From contig JAKAQK010000001.1 of assembly GCA_021822625.1 (NCBI GenBank), positions 1-57,208 of the forward strand: a DNA stretch of 57,208 bases. The letters are read 5' to 3'. Below, one piece after another: positions 57,155-57,208 of this stretch. The first letter of the stretch is position 1, and the number at the start of each line of letters is the position of its first letter. Source of the stretch: a bacterium. GTDB lineage: Bacteria > SZUA-79 > Acidulodesulfobacterales > Acidulodesulfobacteraceae. The notes beneath the pieces are model-generated. The model made no database searches. It was not told the origin of the DNA and saw only the letters and a program-made list of their open reading frames with translations. The translations under genes and the position numbers were made by a program.

Positions 57155-57208
57155 TTTTTTGTGCTAATCGAATCAAACATAATTAATGATGTAAATTTAA
57201 AATGCAAA

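Overview
Visibly AT-rich bacterial chromosome segment, almost entirely core housekeeping genes. About 50 of 54 CDS lie on the minus strand, and the LPS genes indicate a Gram-negative (diderm) organism. Reading in the direction of minus-strand transcription (high to low coordinates):
- small lipoprotein, tRNA-Glu(CUC), RCK-gated K+ channel, secreted NHL beta-propeller overlapping a ClC/CBS channel, Zn-alcohol dehydrogenase, (usp on plus strand), uppP;
- xerC-hslV-hslU-argB-argD-argF-argG-argH;
- lipoprotein, membrane-anchored NHL propeller, geranylgeranyl-reductase-family flavoprotein, degenerate RpiB-like protein, radA, polyprenyl synthase;
- lysA-dapA-dapB-pyrG-kdsA-kdsD-kdsC-lptC-lptA-lptB-rpoN-hpf-rapZ, then metK-ahcY, (lptF-lptG on plus strand);
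- a pseudo-receiver protein with a long disordered region, then nadC, birA, coaX, (MBL hydrolase on plus strand);
- a nitrogen-control island: ntrY-like kinase, sigma-54 activator, sigma-54 promoter, porin-glnK-amtB, and a truncated NtrB-like kinase at the window edge.

I found no mobile elements, CRISPR arrays, integrases, toxin-antitoxin pairs or recognisable defence genes, and I cannot point to a convincing new multi-gene system. The observations most worth a second look are:
1. A phospho-acceptor-less receiver fused through a ~430 aa Asn/Asp-rich disordered region to a PopZ/DUF2497-like C-terminal helix.
2. A near-consensus sigma-54 promoter driving a porin-glnK-amtB operon, flanked by two nitrogen two-component systems.
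3. Pervasive Asn/Asp-rich insertions inside conserved enzymes.
4. Many perfect short tandem duplications and minisatellites in intergenic spacers, several with a 10-11 bp period.
5. NHL propeller genes paired with ion-channel genes, and a tRNA placed 10 nt ahead of an SD-less channel ORF.

Hand-counted coordinates may be off by 1-2 nt. Functional calls rest on motif recognition by eye, not database searches.
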